Shown here in pieces: positions 25,541-39,114 of a stretch of DNA of 64,000 nt (its first letter is position 1; every line of letters begins with the position of its first letter). A program made the translations under genes and the position numbers. Source of the DNA: Lama guanicoe (taxonomy: Eukaryota); NCBI GenBank assembly GCA_013239625.1, contig MU053557.1, forward strand, positions 2,448,123 to 2,512,122, read 5' to 3'. Below the pieces are notes generated by a model that was not told the DNA's origin, ran no database searches, and worked only from the letters and a program-made list of their open reading frames with translations.

Positions 25541-28084
25541 GTATTTGTGTTCTTCTCCTACCTGCCTTCCATTTTAATACTTTTGAAGTAGAGATAACTT
25601 TTGAATTAGTATCAAAAAGTTTACCAGTCAGAGGAATGAATAGTGATAGACCATAGGTTGTCTTTGACTGTTGAAATTCAAACTTAGAGTTGATAGAAGG
25701 AATCTGTTCCTTGACCATTGCCTTGCCTGAGAGACTTTTTTTGGTAGCACCACTTAAGGTAAATCTAAAATTAAGTGTGGCTATCTCGCTGTTGGTTAGT
25801 CTTCAGAAAGATCATGCTGTCGGGCAATAGTGAAACAAAAGTTTCCGTCAGTATAGATTGCCATACTTGGAACCAAAAGCAGTAGTATTTTCTAAATGTC
25901 TAGGAATAGTCGATAGAGTTTTCTAAGCTCTAAGAGGCTGGTATGACAATTCATGGGCTTGAACTTCCTCCAGTTGACTTTAGAAAGAAGCTACTTAACT
26001 TCCAGTGGCATGTATTTCAGTTAAGGACAATAGAAATGATGTTTAATCAAATAGGAAATGAATGTGAAAACCTGTACTTTGAGTTGGCTTGAAAGTATTT
26101 TTTAAAAGCTATATACATTTACATGATTTCAAATTCAGGAATTAGAAAAGCGAACAATTAAGTGTCTCCTTCTTACCCTATCCCCCCCAACCCATGAAGC
26201 AGCCAGTGTTAGTTTCTAACGTGCAATTTATATGAAAACAAGCAAATGTATTTATCTTTTCTTGCTGCCACCTCATCTTCTTCCCCTTCTCTAGAACAAA
26301 ACAAAACAAAAGAAAAAAACCGCAAAGTAAAATAAACACAACAAATAGAAGTATGTGAAGCATGCTGTTCATACTCAGTTTTTTAAAATTTAACAATATG
26401 CTTCGATTTACTGATACTTTACTCCTGTCCCTGAAGTAGTGTCATAGAGATCAAGATTACAGATGTGCCTTAGGGAAAGCTAGGTGTTGCTGCAGTGCCA
26501 GCAAGACTGCCCAAGGCCAAAAGTGATTCAGAAGACTCCTTTCTTTCTAAATTAGGCTGTCCCAAATAAAGCTTGAGAGGACTCAAGAAGATGGAGTTAC
26601 ATTGTTATATGATTACAGGTATACAGTTCTTAGTAAAGTTAAAAAATCATGTACCTTTAATACAACTTTAATTCCTTGAAATGTTGATATTTTGTGGGTG
26701 TCTCCACCATCATTCTGAGGAAGATGCAGTGTCTAGGAGTTTTTCTCTTGGTGCAGTATCCAAATACTGTCTGTCTCCAGTCTAGTGGTGCTGTAGGCCT
26801 TTGAGAAACTGATCAAAGCTGTAAACTTTCATCCCAGAAAAACTCATGTAGATACAGATAAATTTGACTGTAACTTTAGGGGTTTAGAGACTATCTGAAG
26901 CTCACTAGCGGCAAATATCCTGAAGCAGTCAGTTCAGATCTGCCTGGGGAATAAAGATAGTTGATGTTCTGTTGGTTGATCCCTTGGGACTGTTAGCATG
27001 GAACCTATCCTTTTTGTGACTTCAGAAACTGTAGTAAATAAAGTTGACTGCAGCTTTTTGAGGGCACATATTAGAATGTATAGGCTTACAAAGGATTTCT
27101 CTCCACCATCTCCCCCTAAAATAATAGGGTTGAGTTTGGCCACTTAGAAATGATATACAATGATGTAGTTGTTAAGACGTGGGCTTTATGTCAGAACTTC
27201 AGAGGACAGGGAGGAAGATCCAAACTCTGTTCTGCCACTTACCTACAGGACAGTTGAGTCTTTCTTAGCCTCAATTTTTTCATCTGAAAGTAGGGTTAAG
27301 AGTGCATCTCATGGCATGGGGTGGGGATTACATGAGATAATGAATGAAACCTATTCATGTAGTGTCCGGCCTAAATAAGAGTTCGGTTGATAATGTCTGT
27401 CAATAGGGAACATAATATTTTCCCTAATGACTCAGATTCTTAATATTTTGTAATTGTATCAGATGACTCTGTATCATATTCATCATGAGTTTAAGTTATC
27501 TGATCACCTTGAGACTAACTGAGAAGTTCAAGACCGTGGATTGCCACGTGGCAGCATTGCAGTTCCGATCTGCCTGGGGAATTGAGAGAGAGGATGGCAT
27601 GTGGTTAGTGTTCTTGGTCCCTCGGGGAAATGTGTTTTATAGGGGTGCTAGAAATTTTACTTAATGGAACAGAATAAATAATTGTAACAGTGACCTTAAC
27701 ATCTTGTATCCATATGTATTGGTCTTCTCACTGCTCAGAAGACTTTTATTATCATCACTGTTAAATAGGTTAAATGGGAGCCCATTCACAGAAGGAAGCT
27801 GAGAAACTTCTTAAAATTACAACATATGCTTGTCCTTGAATTGGTCCCATGATTCTTGAGAAGAAAAGGAGCCTTAGGAATATTTCTCAAAACCTAGTTT
27901 TAAGGAATTTATTGTCATGCAAGACGTTGAAAATACTAAATTTCCCCAATTGGGGAGATTCTCCCCATCTTTTTAATTCTAAAGATGAAGCTTGCCCTGC
28001 AGTCATTTAGTATTTTTTAAACCTAAACAGGGAGCAGCCTAGCAGGCCATCTGAAAACAAAGCAGGCTTCTGCCAAACTCAGGT

Positions 28085-28190
28085 TGTGTGTCTGTCCATG
28101 TGTGTATGTATCCTGTGTGTGCATGGATCTGTGTGTATATCTGTGTGTGTGTCTCTCTCTCCGTATGTATGTATCTGTGTGTATGTCTCT
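28085..28190. repeat. Degenerate TG-rich simple repeat
   Basis: tgtgtgtctgtccatgtgtgtatgtatcctgtgtgtgcatggatctgtgtgtatatctgtgtgtgtgtctctc. Confidence 0.7.
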
Positions 28191-29344
28191 GCATCTAGAT
28201 TCTTTACAGTCATCTTATAACTAAAAAAAGACACTAAGAAATAAAGGCATGAGAGTGCTATTCATCACTGGAGTCTGCCTCTGTGCCTGACTAGTGGCTC
28301 CCCAGGGAGTCTTAACAAGGTGCCGCTGAGTCCAAGTTCTCCTCCCCACCCCCACGCAATCCTGGGGACATTGTGATTTGAAGCTGTTCTGTCACCTTCA
28401 CCCTCAGGCTCTGCAGGACTTCCCCTCCCCCATTCATCTCTGGGCCCATCAGGGATGTGGGCAAAGGGAGCATTAAAATGGATAGATTGATAGCCTTGGG
28501 ATCACATCGATCTTCATACGTGTTGAATATTATGTCAATTATTCATCACTCAGAGATATCATTGCAGGGAAAAATCACATTAGGAGGAGCCAGGAAAACT
28601 AAAGGTTATAAATTCCAACCCCGGCATAGTCACTGTCAGCTCTGGAATTCAGTGCCAGTTCCTCTGTGGTGGTCTCTTTGGAACGCCTGAGTCTCCGACC
28701 TTCTTCTAGAGATGTTTCTTCTCCAGTCTTGCCCTCCACCAGACAGAGGATCAGCCTCGCAGAGGTGACAAAGAGCTGATAAATCTGTAAACACAGTACT
28801 GCTAAGTTCCCTCTGAGACCTTGAATTTGCTCTCTGAAAAATGCAGTTTTCTTTCAGTTGACTCAAGGAAGCATTTGATACCAAAAATGGGCATCTGGGA
28901 AGATGGCAAATGCCACCAAGTAAATATAACTCAACCCAGCATACAGAGTTGTTGACAGGGAGTGTGGGAGTGTGAGGACTCTGCCACCAGGCAGTGACTC
29001 AACCTTTCCAAACCTGCATTTCCTCATTTTGTGAGTTTAGGGCTCCTGCCAATTCCAGTGGGTGGTTGTGAAGATTAAATTAGATAACCTAAATCATACA
29101 ATTCTGAGTCCCCCAACCTTATGGAGCTGCCATTTCTTTGCACCACATTTTGTGGCAGGGCCTCCAAGCCATTCTTCAGAGTCTCTGAAGGTTCCTTGGG
29201 TGAAGCTTCTGTGTCTTCTGTGCTGTGACATCTTCTCCTGGAGGGCTGGTCCAACAGGCACTGCTCTTCGTCCCCAGCCTTCTTGCCACCGCTAGATGTG
29301 ACTCCCTTATTACATTCCCTTAAAGAATCACCAATACAGGGACT

Positions 29345-30870
29345 ATCTACTCATTCACCCAGTAACTACTCTGTGAGCTCCTAATAATGTGCCATGGAGG
29401 GGAAGTTTTGAACAAGATGAGAGGCCCTGCTCTCTTGGAGCCTACATTCCAGTCTGAACGACAGACCAAAAATGAGTTCACAGCAGGTGCACCAGCAAAT
29501 TTCAGGTAGTAATGTTTCTTGTAATGGTGACAAAATAGGGTGGTGCTGTTACTAAATTCAGGATCGACTGTTGGCCACTTGAAAGCCAACATTTGAGAGG
29601 CAGGTGTTGGCTGGGAAGGAAAGGTTGCTTTATTCAGGAGGCTGGCAACCTGGGGAGAAGGCAGACTCGTGTCCAAAAATGAACTCCAAAGATTCTGCTC
29701 AACCATAAGTTTTTAAAGGGAGAAAGGGAAGTTAATCATAAGGGGAGGGGGTCAGAGTCTTCATTATCTCCCTCCATGTGCAGATTTTTTTCTGACTGGT
29801 GCTCCAGGAACCTTGTGCTCAGCCTGAAGTTACCCTCCTCCCCCTGGGGTGGGGGCCTTAGTTCCTGCAGAAGATCTCAAAGGTGTTGTTGTGTATATTC
29901 CCTGAGGAGGAGCCAGGCCCCCTGCTTGGTGCTGCACTATTGTTTCTTGACTGCGCCTCCTTTTGTTTCTGTATTCCCTCCCTTCCCTGATTAGCAACTG
30001 TTTGAATCTACCCTTTGCAATTTAGGCAAAGTCAGAGAGGGTGAATGAAGCCTGTTTTCTACAAACTAGAAACAGAGGGCATGGAAAGCATCTGTACTCA
30101 GGAGGGCCCCACAAGGTCCTGCTTGATTTCAGTCCCCCCCTTTTCTTTGGTACTCCCCAATCTTGAGGAGACCAGGTGTTGGGCAGAAAAGGAGTAACAT
30201 TTTGGATAGAGAGGTTAATCATAAACTCAGTAGGGAAATTCAGTGTTAGGGGGACTTGGTTTCAATGCCATGCAGAGTGAAATGGGGTGTGAGGTGAGGG
30301 AAGGCCTTTTTGTGGAGGTGACAATGAAGCCATCCCCTGAAGGACAGGAGGGAGCCAGGTATGTGAAGATCTCAGGGGAGAGTGTTCTGTGAAAGGGAGC
30401 TGCAAATTGAATCTGATATGGGAAGGAGATTAGGTCATTTTAGAAGCAGAAAGGAGGGCATTGTGACAGGCAAGTGTGATCTGAAATGATCAGAGGGGTA
30501 GGCAGAATTTGGAAGGCCATAATCGGGAATTTGGGCTGTATTCTTGCACATCTGGATGGTTTTCAGCAGCTGTATGACGTAAATTGACTTGTGTTGGAGG
30601 TGGGGAGGTCACTGTTCGTAGCACAGGTAGTGGGGGGGGGAATGGGAGTGGGAAGAGCAGGTGGAGGATCTGCAGTTGTCAAGGTGAGAGGTGGTGCTTG
30701 GCCCAGGGTAGGGCCTGTGGGAAGATGTCAGTAAGTGGCCGGGCTGAGGAGCTATTCTGGAAGGTCTGGAATTTGGTACTAGCTCCTGTGTACTGGGAGA
30801 ATCTATTGATAGATTGAATGTGGGTGAGGGTAGAGTGAGTGAGAGAGAGGATGGCTTCTAGGAGTTTTGT
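29345..30870 (-). mobile_element. L2 remnant interrupted by the LTR at 29547-30264
   Basis: ctcattcacccagtaac...ggccctgctctcttggagcctacattccagt before the LTR; gaggggaaggcctttt...gaaggacaggagggagccaggtatgtgaagatct... after it. Confidence 0.65.
29547..30264 (-). mobile_element. ERV1 MER41-like solo LTR (718 bp)
   Basis: TGTTACT...GGTTTCA termini, 4-bp TSD gtgc/atgc, AATAAA on minus at 29629-29634, TATA-like tttaaa. Homologous to 31992-32736. Confidence 0.8.
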
Positions 30871-31991
30871 CAGTTTTGGCTCCCCCCAAATCTAGAAAAA
30901 GATGGCAAATTTGGTTCATAAAATGAACCAGCTGTTTTCCCGCCTTGGGATTGTCTCGCTGGCTGTGTACCTCCATGGGCCCTGGACTCCTGTCTCCTCT
31001 GTCTCCTTTCTTGGCTTTCTCCTCTTCTGCATGTGCTTTGTTCTGCCGGCCGAATATTTTTGAGCAGAGGGTGACTCATTCAGAGCTTTTCATTGCTAGC
31101 CTACTGAGTGCCCAGACCTATGCTAGTCCCTGTTTGGAACGTGGAAAGTCTTCTGGAAGCCACTTTGATGCTAATGTTTGTGGTGTTGCTTCTAGGAAGA
31201 GCACTGCCTCCCCTCTGCCCCCAGGACTATCTTGAGGGACTAGGGTTTCATTGCACACGTGATGGTTCTGCATAACTTGCCGTTCAGGAGTTCTAGGCTC
31301 TTTCACTCTTGGGTCGTGCGAGCTGGAGCAAGCTGCTTAACATCTGTAGGGTCGCCTTTCCATATCTGTGAAATGGGAAACCCACCTTCTAGAATACCTA
31401 GGAAGATTTTTAGGAAACATTGTAGGGGACCTGGCAGATACAGCTCAGGAAAAAGTAAATTAGCTAGTTGTTGCTGCTTTTGTTCTTACCCGTGTTTTGA
31501 TTTAATTGAATAAAGTAGTTTGCACCAGAAACAAGAAATAATGGGTCCTGGTATTTTGCCACCTTCAGCTGGTCATGAAATCGGAGGTGGTGAGGACATT
31601 GGAGAACGTTTCTGCCAACTCCTTGATGTAACTGGACAGAAACATTTGTAAAGAAGATCCTTAGAGGCATTTCTTGCGACTGCACATTCCTGAGGGTGTT
31701 TGAGGACTGGTAGCCATGCAATGACTTGCTCAAGGATGTACTTTGTCCAATAACAACGAGATACTGCGTGTTAGATGTCCTCCTTGTGGATGCACGAGCT
31801 GCCCAATAAAGGCTCTGATGAGTCCTGTAACAAGTAAGTCTGCCAGTCCCAGTGGACTTGCCTGGAGAATCTTTTGCCTGTTTTATTTACATCCTGTACA
31901 ACGTGTGTTCTTTGAAGCATCCTTGGGAAATCCTACTATAGCTAAAGGAGCCCACGTATAAAACTGAGGTTTTGGTTTCTGGAGACATTTC

Positions 31992-32736
31992 TTTTACTGA
32001 GCTAAACTTGGGTCTCCTTGCCCACCATGCAACAAAACCAGTCTGCTGACAGCTGGTTGTGGTGAAGGAGCATACGGCATTTGCAGGGCATCAAGCAAGG
32101 AGAACAGGCAGCTTGTGCTCAAAACACCTGAACTCCCGTATGGCTTTCGGGGAAGGGTTTTTAAAGGCAACAGTTAGGATGAGGGCTGTGGCTCCTGGAT
32201 TTTCTTCTGACTGGTTGGTGATGAGGTAACAGGGTCGTGTTTCCGGAGTCTTGATCACCAACCTTCTGGTTCGAGCCAGTCCAGGGTCTGCGTACTTGTG
32301 GTCAGCATGTAGTCTCCACACTCCACCTGGGGGACGGGGGTTTTAGGTTCTGCAGAACAGCTCAGAGGTACAGCAGGTTGTTACGTACACCCCTTGAGAG
32401 GGCGCTAAGACTCTGTTCTACTGCTGAACTGTTGTTCCCTGCCTTTCCTTTGTTTCTGCATCCCATCACTCCTCTGATGAGTAACCGCTGAAGTCTGCTC
32501 TTTGGAACTTGCCTAAGAGACTAAAGCCTTTTTCCTACAAAAAAGAGGGGAGGCCACCCTTGTCACCAGGAAGGCCCCTTGGGGTCCTGCTTGGTTTCAG
32601 CTCCCCCCTTTTCTTTGATATTCCTCAGTCCTGAGGGAAACAGGGTTGGGGGGACAAAGAAAGGGAATAAAGTTTTGGAGAGAGAGATGAATCGTAAACT
32701 TGTGAGGGGAGCTCGGTTTTCGGGGACTTGGTTTTA
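31992..32736 (-). mobile_element. ERV1 MER41-like solo LTR (745 bp), related subfamily
   Basis: Degenerate termini t(t)ttactgag...ggtttta, TSD tttc/cttc. Shares blocks with 29547-30264 (ttttaaagg, ttctgactggt, cctttgtttctg, gtcctgctt(g)gtttcag, ccccccttttctttg, ggggacttggttt). Confidence 0.8.
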
Positions 32737-33959
32737 CTTCCCAGAAGCAGAGATCAGTGATCTCTCCTGACGGAGGGCCTGAGCTGAGAGGCAGAGGAGT
32801 CTTACTCTACAGCCCCTGCCCCTCACAATCTCTGCATCCCCTCTCCTCCAGCAGCACCTGGGGTCCCTTTACTAACCAGAGACATGAAGATTCTCATCAA
32901 GCTCTGAACAGCAGGGGCTTTTTGGGAAAAAGAACCCCATGGGACCCCGGGAATTTTACAGACAAGGAGGCACCATCTGCCCATGTAGGCTGATTGGTGA
33001 ATATTAGCCAAGAGGACCGAAATGTAGTGGGCTCCGTCCTTCACTTTTCCTGTACTCCCCACACCGGGGCCAGGAGAACTTGGTCACCTGAATCAGCCAG
33101 AGAGTGTGCAGCTGGGAGGTGGGGGAAAGTTTGGATGGAATTGAAAACTAAGACAAAAAGCTATGAAAATGGGGTAATGAAATCTTCTCCTTTAAAAAAT
33201 AAAGAAAACTCACAGAATAGTTTGAGAGAGAAGCAGACAAGCTCTTTAGGTAAAAATAATCTGGCAGGCTGGGTGTCACTTTCTTATGGTCCAGGAAAAC
33301 CTCCCTTGGAGGTTGTCTGTCTTACTGTGGCAGCAGGAAGGAGGTTGGTAATCCTGGAAAAGGATTCTTACTCATTCTGATCCCACCTAGAGAGGTCTTG
33401 TCACTTGAAGTTTTTTCTTTTTCAGATTTCAAGCTTGAACTCTTGGGCATCTTACTGTTGTAAAACTTTGTAACTGTCTCTTCACTCCAGGGGTGTATTC
33501 TGAACAGGGGAGACGCTCATCTTGGTGCCCTTGATGTTAGCAGACCGCAAACGAAGGTAGAGGGACTGGATATCTCAAAGCACTATTTATTTTGTGCTTC
33601 ATAAGGTCTTAGAACATCTGTCAAATATTTGAGCTTGGGGCTCAACAATTTAAATCCAAAGTCTCTTCAGCTTGCCAGAAACCACATTTCAATATTCATG
33701 GACCTCTGTTACAGTACTTTCCATATTATAATTTTGTGCTGTCCTTTTATGAGCTGTAATCTAGCAAGGGTGACTGGGTGATCCACAGGTAGTCAGTCAA
33801 GGCAGCAGGGGAGGAGAGCAGGGAGCATTCAGGGCTCTGGAAGCTTGGACGAGAGACCACCAGGGGCTGCAGCCTGGGACTGCAGCCTGGGACTGCCTCC
33901 TCCAGGAGGAGAGGCTGGAGCTCAACCATTAATTTTAATGACCTTAAACCATTAAAAAA

Positions 33960-34530
33960 ATTAGCACATACACATGAAACATTTAAAAAATTAGTACATA
34001 CATATGGTAAAAATGTAAATACTACAAATAAATATTCATTGAGGAATAAATTTCTTTCCTCTCCCGGACCATAGCACCCCAGTTTTCTTTCCCAGAGGTA
34101 GCTATTTATTTAAAAGCCCTTCTAGACATATTCTGTGTTTATTCAAGCATATGTATGTAGGATTTCTTCTTGCTCTTTTTGAAACACAAATGTTACTATA
34201 CTACATCTACTATTCATTTTCCCCCCACTTAATGTTTGACTGCTGGTTACATTTCCATAGAGGTAGCGTTGCCCACTCAATTTAACATCCGCAGGATAGT
34301 CACTGTGTGCAAGTACCATAAATGACCATGCAGTTCCCTCTTGATGGATATTTAGGTTGTTTCCAGTTTGCAGCTGCTGAAGGTGTTGCTATAAATATCC
34401 TTGAGCACATATAGCTTTATGTACATATACTCATACATCTGTATGGAATATAATAATAAAAGTAAAATTTATGGGTCAAAGAGAATGTAGGTTTTGATAG
34501 AAGCAAGTACTGTATTAGAGTTACATTTCC
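33960..34530 (-). mobile_element. Old LINE-1 (L1ME-like) 3' fragment
   Basis: acatatggtaaaaatgtaaat...cccagaggtagcta...gatggatatttaggttgtttccagttt...ataaatatccttg. Confidence 0.6.
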
Positions 34531-34944
34531 TTCCCTGAGTCTACAGTCATGATCCCTGTCTGCCCTGGGCCTTGTAGAATGGATGAAATAATGGGGGATG
34601 TGGACATGATTTTCAGGAGGGAACATTCTGACTAAAGACTTAGATTTAGAAATGAATACGCTATGGGATGTATGTATCTTTTTGAATTCTTATTTTGTGG
34701 TTGGTTTTATTCCTTTGATAACTATGTAAGTTTAAAAAGCTGGTGCTCTAAACATTTTTAGAAACAGTAAATAGTACGTATATGTAAAATAAAAAATATG
34801 TGCAATATATTGTGTATATGTATTTGCATGCAATACATTGTATATGTGCAGTCAAGTTGTAACAATTCTACTTCATGAATCTGAAAAATGAAAAAAATGA
34901 ATATGCTATGTTTGGGGACTACAAAGAGACCAGTCATGTTAATA

Positions 34945-35160
34945 ACTATGATTTATTGACTTCTTACCATGTTCTAAGTTCTTTATACTATTTCACTTAA
35001 TCCTCACAATTCCTCCGGGATTCAGGTTTCATTATTATTGCCAGGATGGAAGAGGGTCGTGAGTCTCAGAGAGGTTAAGGAACTTGCTCCAGGTCACATG
35101 ACCTGTAGAGTGGTGGAAGTGGGTCTGTCTAACTGCAAAGCTCAGGCCCTTAGACATTAT
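34945..35160 (-). mobile_element. MIR SINE
   Basis: tttcacttaatcctcacaa...tctcagagaggttaaggaacttgctccaggtcaca. Confidence 0.7.
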
Positions 35161-36584
35161 GTGACGGGGCTTGGTGTGTGCGTTGATGTGTGTGTATGAA
35201 TTTAAGGATGTATCAATATCAAACTGTTTCTAGAGTTCTACTAAGTATTGAGACTTTCTTGAAAGAACCCTTAAAATCTCTCTCACTGCTCCACTCGACA
35301 AAGCACCCTTTTCTGCCACATCCACGTGTGGTTCTCCAGTTTCCTGAACTCTGCTTGATGCTTCTAGTGATTCAGAATTGACACTGACCTGTGGTCAATA
35401 CCATGACCAGTGAGAAAAACCCTTTCAAATCTGCCTTTGTTCAACCTCCACTGATTTATTATTAGTTCTGGCTCTGAGTCATGCAGAATAAGGGTAGATT
35501 CTCATTTAAATTCTCTCTCTCATTCTCCCTCTGGCAGGGAGAAGGGAGCTAGACTATAATTCAGTGGAAAAAGAGAGGGTTTACACAGGCTTTGGTTTCA
35601 GCTGTTTGTTCAACTTCTGGGTTTTGGTCCAATAAGTGACTTCTTGGTACTAGCAGAGCCTCTGGTCGGTGTCATCCTTCCCAAGGCCCTAGGTTTGACT
35701 TTACTTAGACCGACTAGAGACCCTGTCTCTCCTGTTAGATGAAACCTGGAATTCGTTTCTTGGAAGGGATGGCAAACCTTACAGAATTTTCTTTGAAACA
35801 TGGGGCCGTGCAGAGCCTGTGCACCCCAGGGCAAGGGATGCTTGTGGAGAGAGCATAACGGCTCAGAGGATGAGGTGCACGGGAACTTTACAGCCCCAGG
35901 GAAGCTGGGGCCAGCCTGGGGCAAAGCTGGTGTTAAACACGGGACTAGCCTGGGCTGGGGCCCTTGAGGGGAGTCGCCAGCAGTCGTTACTTTGGACGGT
36001 GGCTCTCCTAGGACTTTAGGCCTGTTCTGCCACGAACTTCCAATATCCCACCCTCTCCATGGACGTGCTCATCAGATAGGGTGAGGGAACAATTAGCAAA
36101 GGAGGGGATCACTGTAGAGCAGAGCTTCAGGGCTCTGAAAGTGAATTATGAAATACGGATTAGAACATCCTATGTCTGGTAAAGCCTTGTAACCACAGGA
36201 AAAACTTGCTTCTGTTTCTGGCTTGGAGAATACAGGTCTGCTGTGGATTTCAGAGTGATCTTGACAAATACTTTATTTCTGCCAAGTGGCTGTTGATAAC
36301 AATTTTGTAAAACATGTAAAAAGACATCTGGACAGCGTAGTGGAATTGTTGAGGTTGAAGGGTCTGGATTCAGATTTTTTTTTAGTTAAAATGTTTAACC
36401 CAATATACTCAGATTATTATTTCAACATTTCAGTATAAAAATTACTGAGATATTTTATTGTTTTTCATACCAAGTGTTTAAATTTTCAGCGCGAATTTTA
36501 TGCTTAATAGCATGTCCCAGGTATTCAATAGCCAACCATGATTATAGCAGTTCTAAAAGAGCATTGTTTACCCTTTTACTTTCA

Positions 36585-37015
36585 GATCTATGTTCTACTG
36601 AAAATAGATGTTTGACTGTAGTATGAGGGAGGAATCTAGCTTAATTTTTTTCCATATGAGAATCAAGTTGCCCCAGAATTTGTTTACTGAAAAAGATAGT
36701 CCTATTCCCATGGAACTTGCATCTGTAATCGAGCCTCCACATATATGTGAATCTGTTTCTGGACTCTGTTCTGTGCCATTTGTCTCTTTGCCTCTGCTTG
36801 TACCAGTATCACACTATCTTAATTACTATTATTTTTGTAGTAAGTCCTGATATCTGGTAGGGAAACTGTTCCTGTCATTTCTTAAGAGAGTCCTGGCTAT
36901 TGCCTGCTCTTTGCCTTTCCATATAAATGGCTTGTCAACTTTTCCCAAAATGTCTCTTAGGATTTGGATTGAGATTGCGTTGAATCTCTATATCATTTTG
37001 AGGAGAGCACTTAAA
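36585..37015 (-). mobile_element. Old LINE-1 ORF2 remnant
   Basis: atgtgaatctgtttctggactctgttctgtgccatttgtct...taccagtatcacactatcttaattact...gattgagattgcgttgaatctcta. Confidence 0.75.
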
Positions 37016-39114
37016 AAATACCTGTTCATCTGATGCTATCATCTGGGTAGGATCTGGGCCTCTCCTTGCCTTCCAGACTTGGCTACCTTCCACATTCTGG
37101 GATATAAGCAGCAGACGGAGGCTCAACCTTCAGAGTTGTGATAAGAACACAATGGAGGAATAAAAAATGTTAAAACAAAACAAAACAAAACACAATGGAG
37201 GATTCCATCCTTTTCCTGCAGGAGGTGTTTCTCAAGGGCAGAAAGTCCCTAGCAAGGTTCCATCATCCTAGGATGCTGAAAAAATTGGAGTCTTGGACCC
37301 TGTGCCCCATGTGTGAGTTCTCAGGGGTCACCTATTCTTGAGCTCACTTTAATCCAGTGTAAACCAATAGTACTTACCCACCAGAGATCAGATAAGATGC
37401 ATTCTATTCCCACCTCTTCTCTGCCTTCTATCACTGGTCTTGCTATTTGTTCTGTAGCCACAGACCAAGTTCTATGGAGAAGCTGATTATAAATGTAGAG
37501 AATCATGCAGGCTGGCTGATCAGGCAGGAGAGGAAAGGAACAGAAAGGAACTTGTCAGGGGTGTCTCTGGCATCTGAAGAGGATTGAATATGAAGATGAA
37601 GGCAAAATGCAGAAAGCAAGATAACCAGGATCTGATCAGAGCTGAAAACACCATCAGAGAAAAAGGGTTCTGTAGGGAACCAAGCTTACCATGCATGCTG
37701 AATGTTGTCTGGCCATCATCTTGAATTCCGTATGTCCACCAGGTCAGGCTTCTGGGAACCTGCAGTCCTGGCAATTGTGAACTGAGCTTCACCAGATCTG
37801 TCCCACTAGTAAGGAACCTCTTTCCAGGATGAGACTTGTGAATTATCAGGTTGGGGTAGCTGGAGTGTTGGTGAGAACCAGAGTCCAAGGGAAGGGCTAG
37901 GAGGAGGAGTAGGGGCAAGACAAAGGAGTAACTAGCAAGGAGGGCAAGATGAACTGGGTGGCAAGTGGATGGTCTGGAGGGAGAAAGGGAAGACCCAGGC
38001 ATGGAAATCCTTAATTAGGGTGGCAAGAAGGGGTGACACAAGGCAGAGGAGGGAGACAGGCCAGGTCCAAAGCTGAAAGAAGTGGATGGTGCTGGGGAGC
38101 AGGCTGAGGCGTAAAAGATTGAGGAGACAGGGGAGGAAGGCAAGTTGGATAATGGGAGCAAGAAGGAACAGAAAGAGGAGGTGGAGGCTGGGGTTGAGAT
38201 GGGGAAATTGCAGGTAGTGTCATTTTTCCAAGTGGCATCCTGTGCTGACTCATCTTGTGAAGATGAGTAACTGGCAGAAGCTCAGCCCTGCTGCAGTGGT
38301 TATCTCACACCACTGCCCACATCTCCCCACTCATGATGGGAATGCCCTTTATGAAGAGGACATACCACTCCCTTTGGGGCCAGTCAGTAGGCTCCACCAA
38401 CCATGGAAATGGTCCAGCCTCTAGGTTGCAGAGTGGTCAGGCGAAATGGCACAGAGTAGTGGAGCACTAGTAGTAGTCCCGATTCCGTGGGACAAAGTTT
38501 GATCAAACGAGCAGTTGGGGGATGGGACATAGGAGAACGGATCTGAAGCAGGAATGGCAGAAATGGGGAGAAGTCAGTGCTCCCATCTGTGTAGCTTACT
38601 ACACTTTCCAAAGCCCTTTTGCATCACTTATATCACTCCATCAGTATGAGGTCATCAGAAGAGATAGTACGTTCATATTACCAATAAGGATACTGAAGGC
38701 CAGAGAGGAACCATATAGGTAGGCAGCGACTGACAAAGCAGGTGTGACTAGAACTGAGGCCAAAGGTCAGGGAGGAGGGGCATGTAGGAGGGAGCACAGT
38801 GGCCCATGGCAGCATGACCCCGTCCCATGTTTCTGGAAAGGATCTTGTAGAGGCGCTTCAGAGCAGAACTTCACGGTGTGGCTTTGCTCTTGGTCCCTTT
38901 GATCCCTTGGTGTTTTGCCTGGCCCTTAGCTGGAAACACAGGCCCAAGCTCATAGGACTGCTGGCCACTCCTGAGTGCCTAATGGCTAGATCAGGGCTTT
39001 CTTGTTCACTACCCAGGATGCCGAGCTCCACGTCAGCTGATTCAGGAGGCTGCTGCACGCTCTCCCGTTCTTCTGTCTAATGTAGCAGTTCTGTCTGCTT
39101 ATCATTCCTGGTTT

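Noticed and set aside
33866..33896. Short tandem repeat (ctgcagcctggga x ~2.4)
   Set aside because: Ordinary slippage duplication with no spacers; not CRISPR-like.
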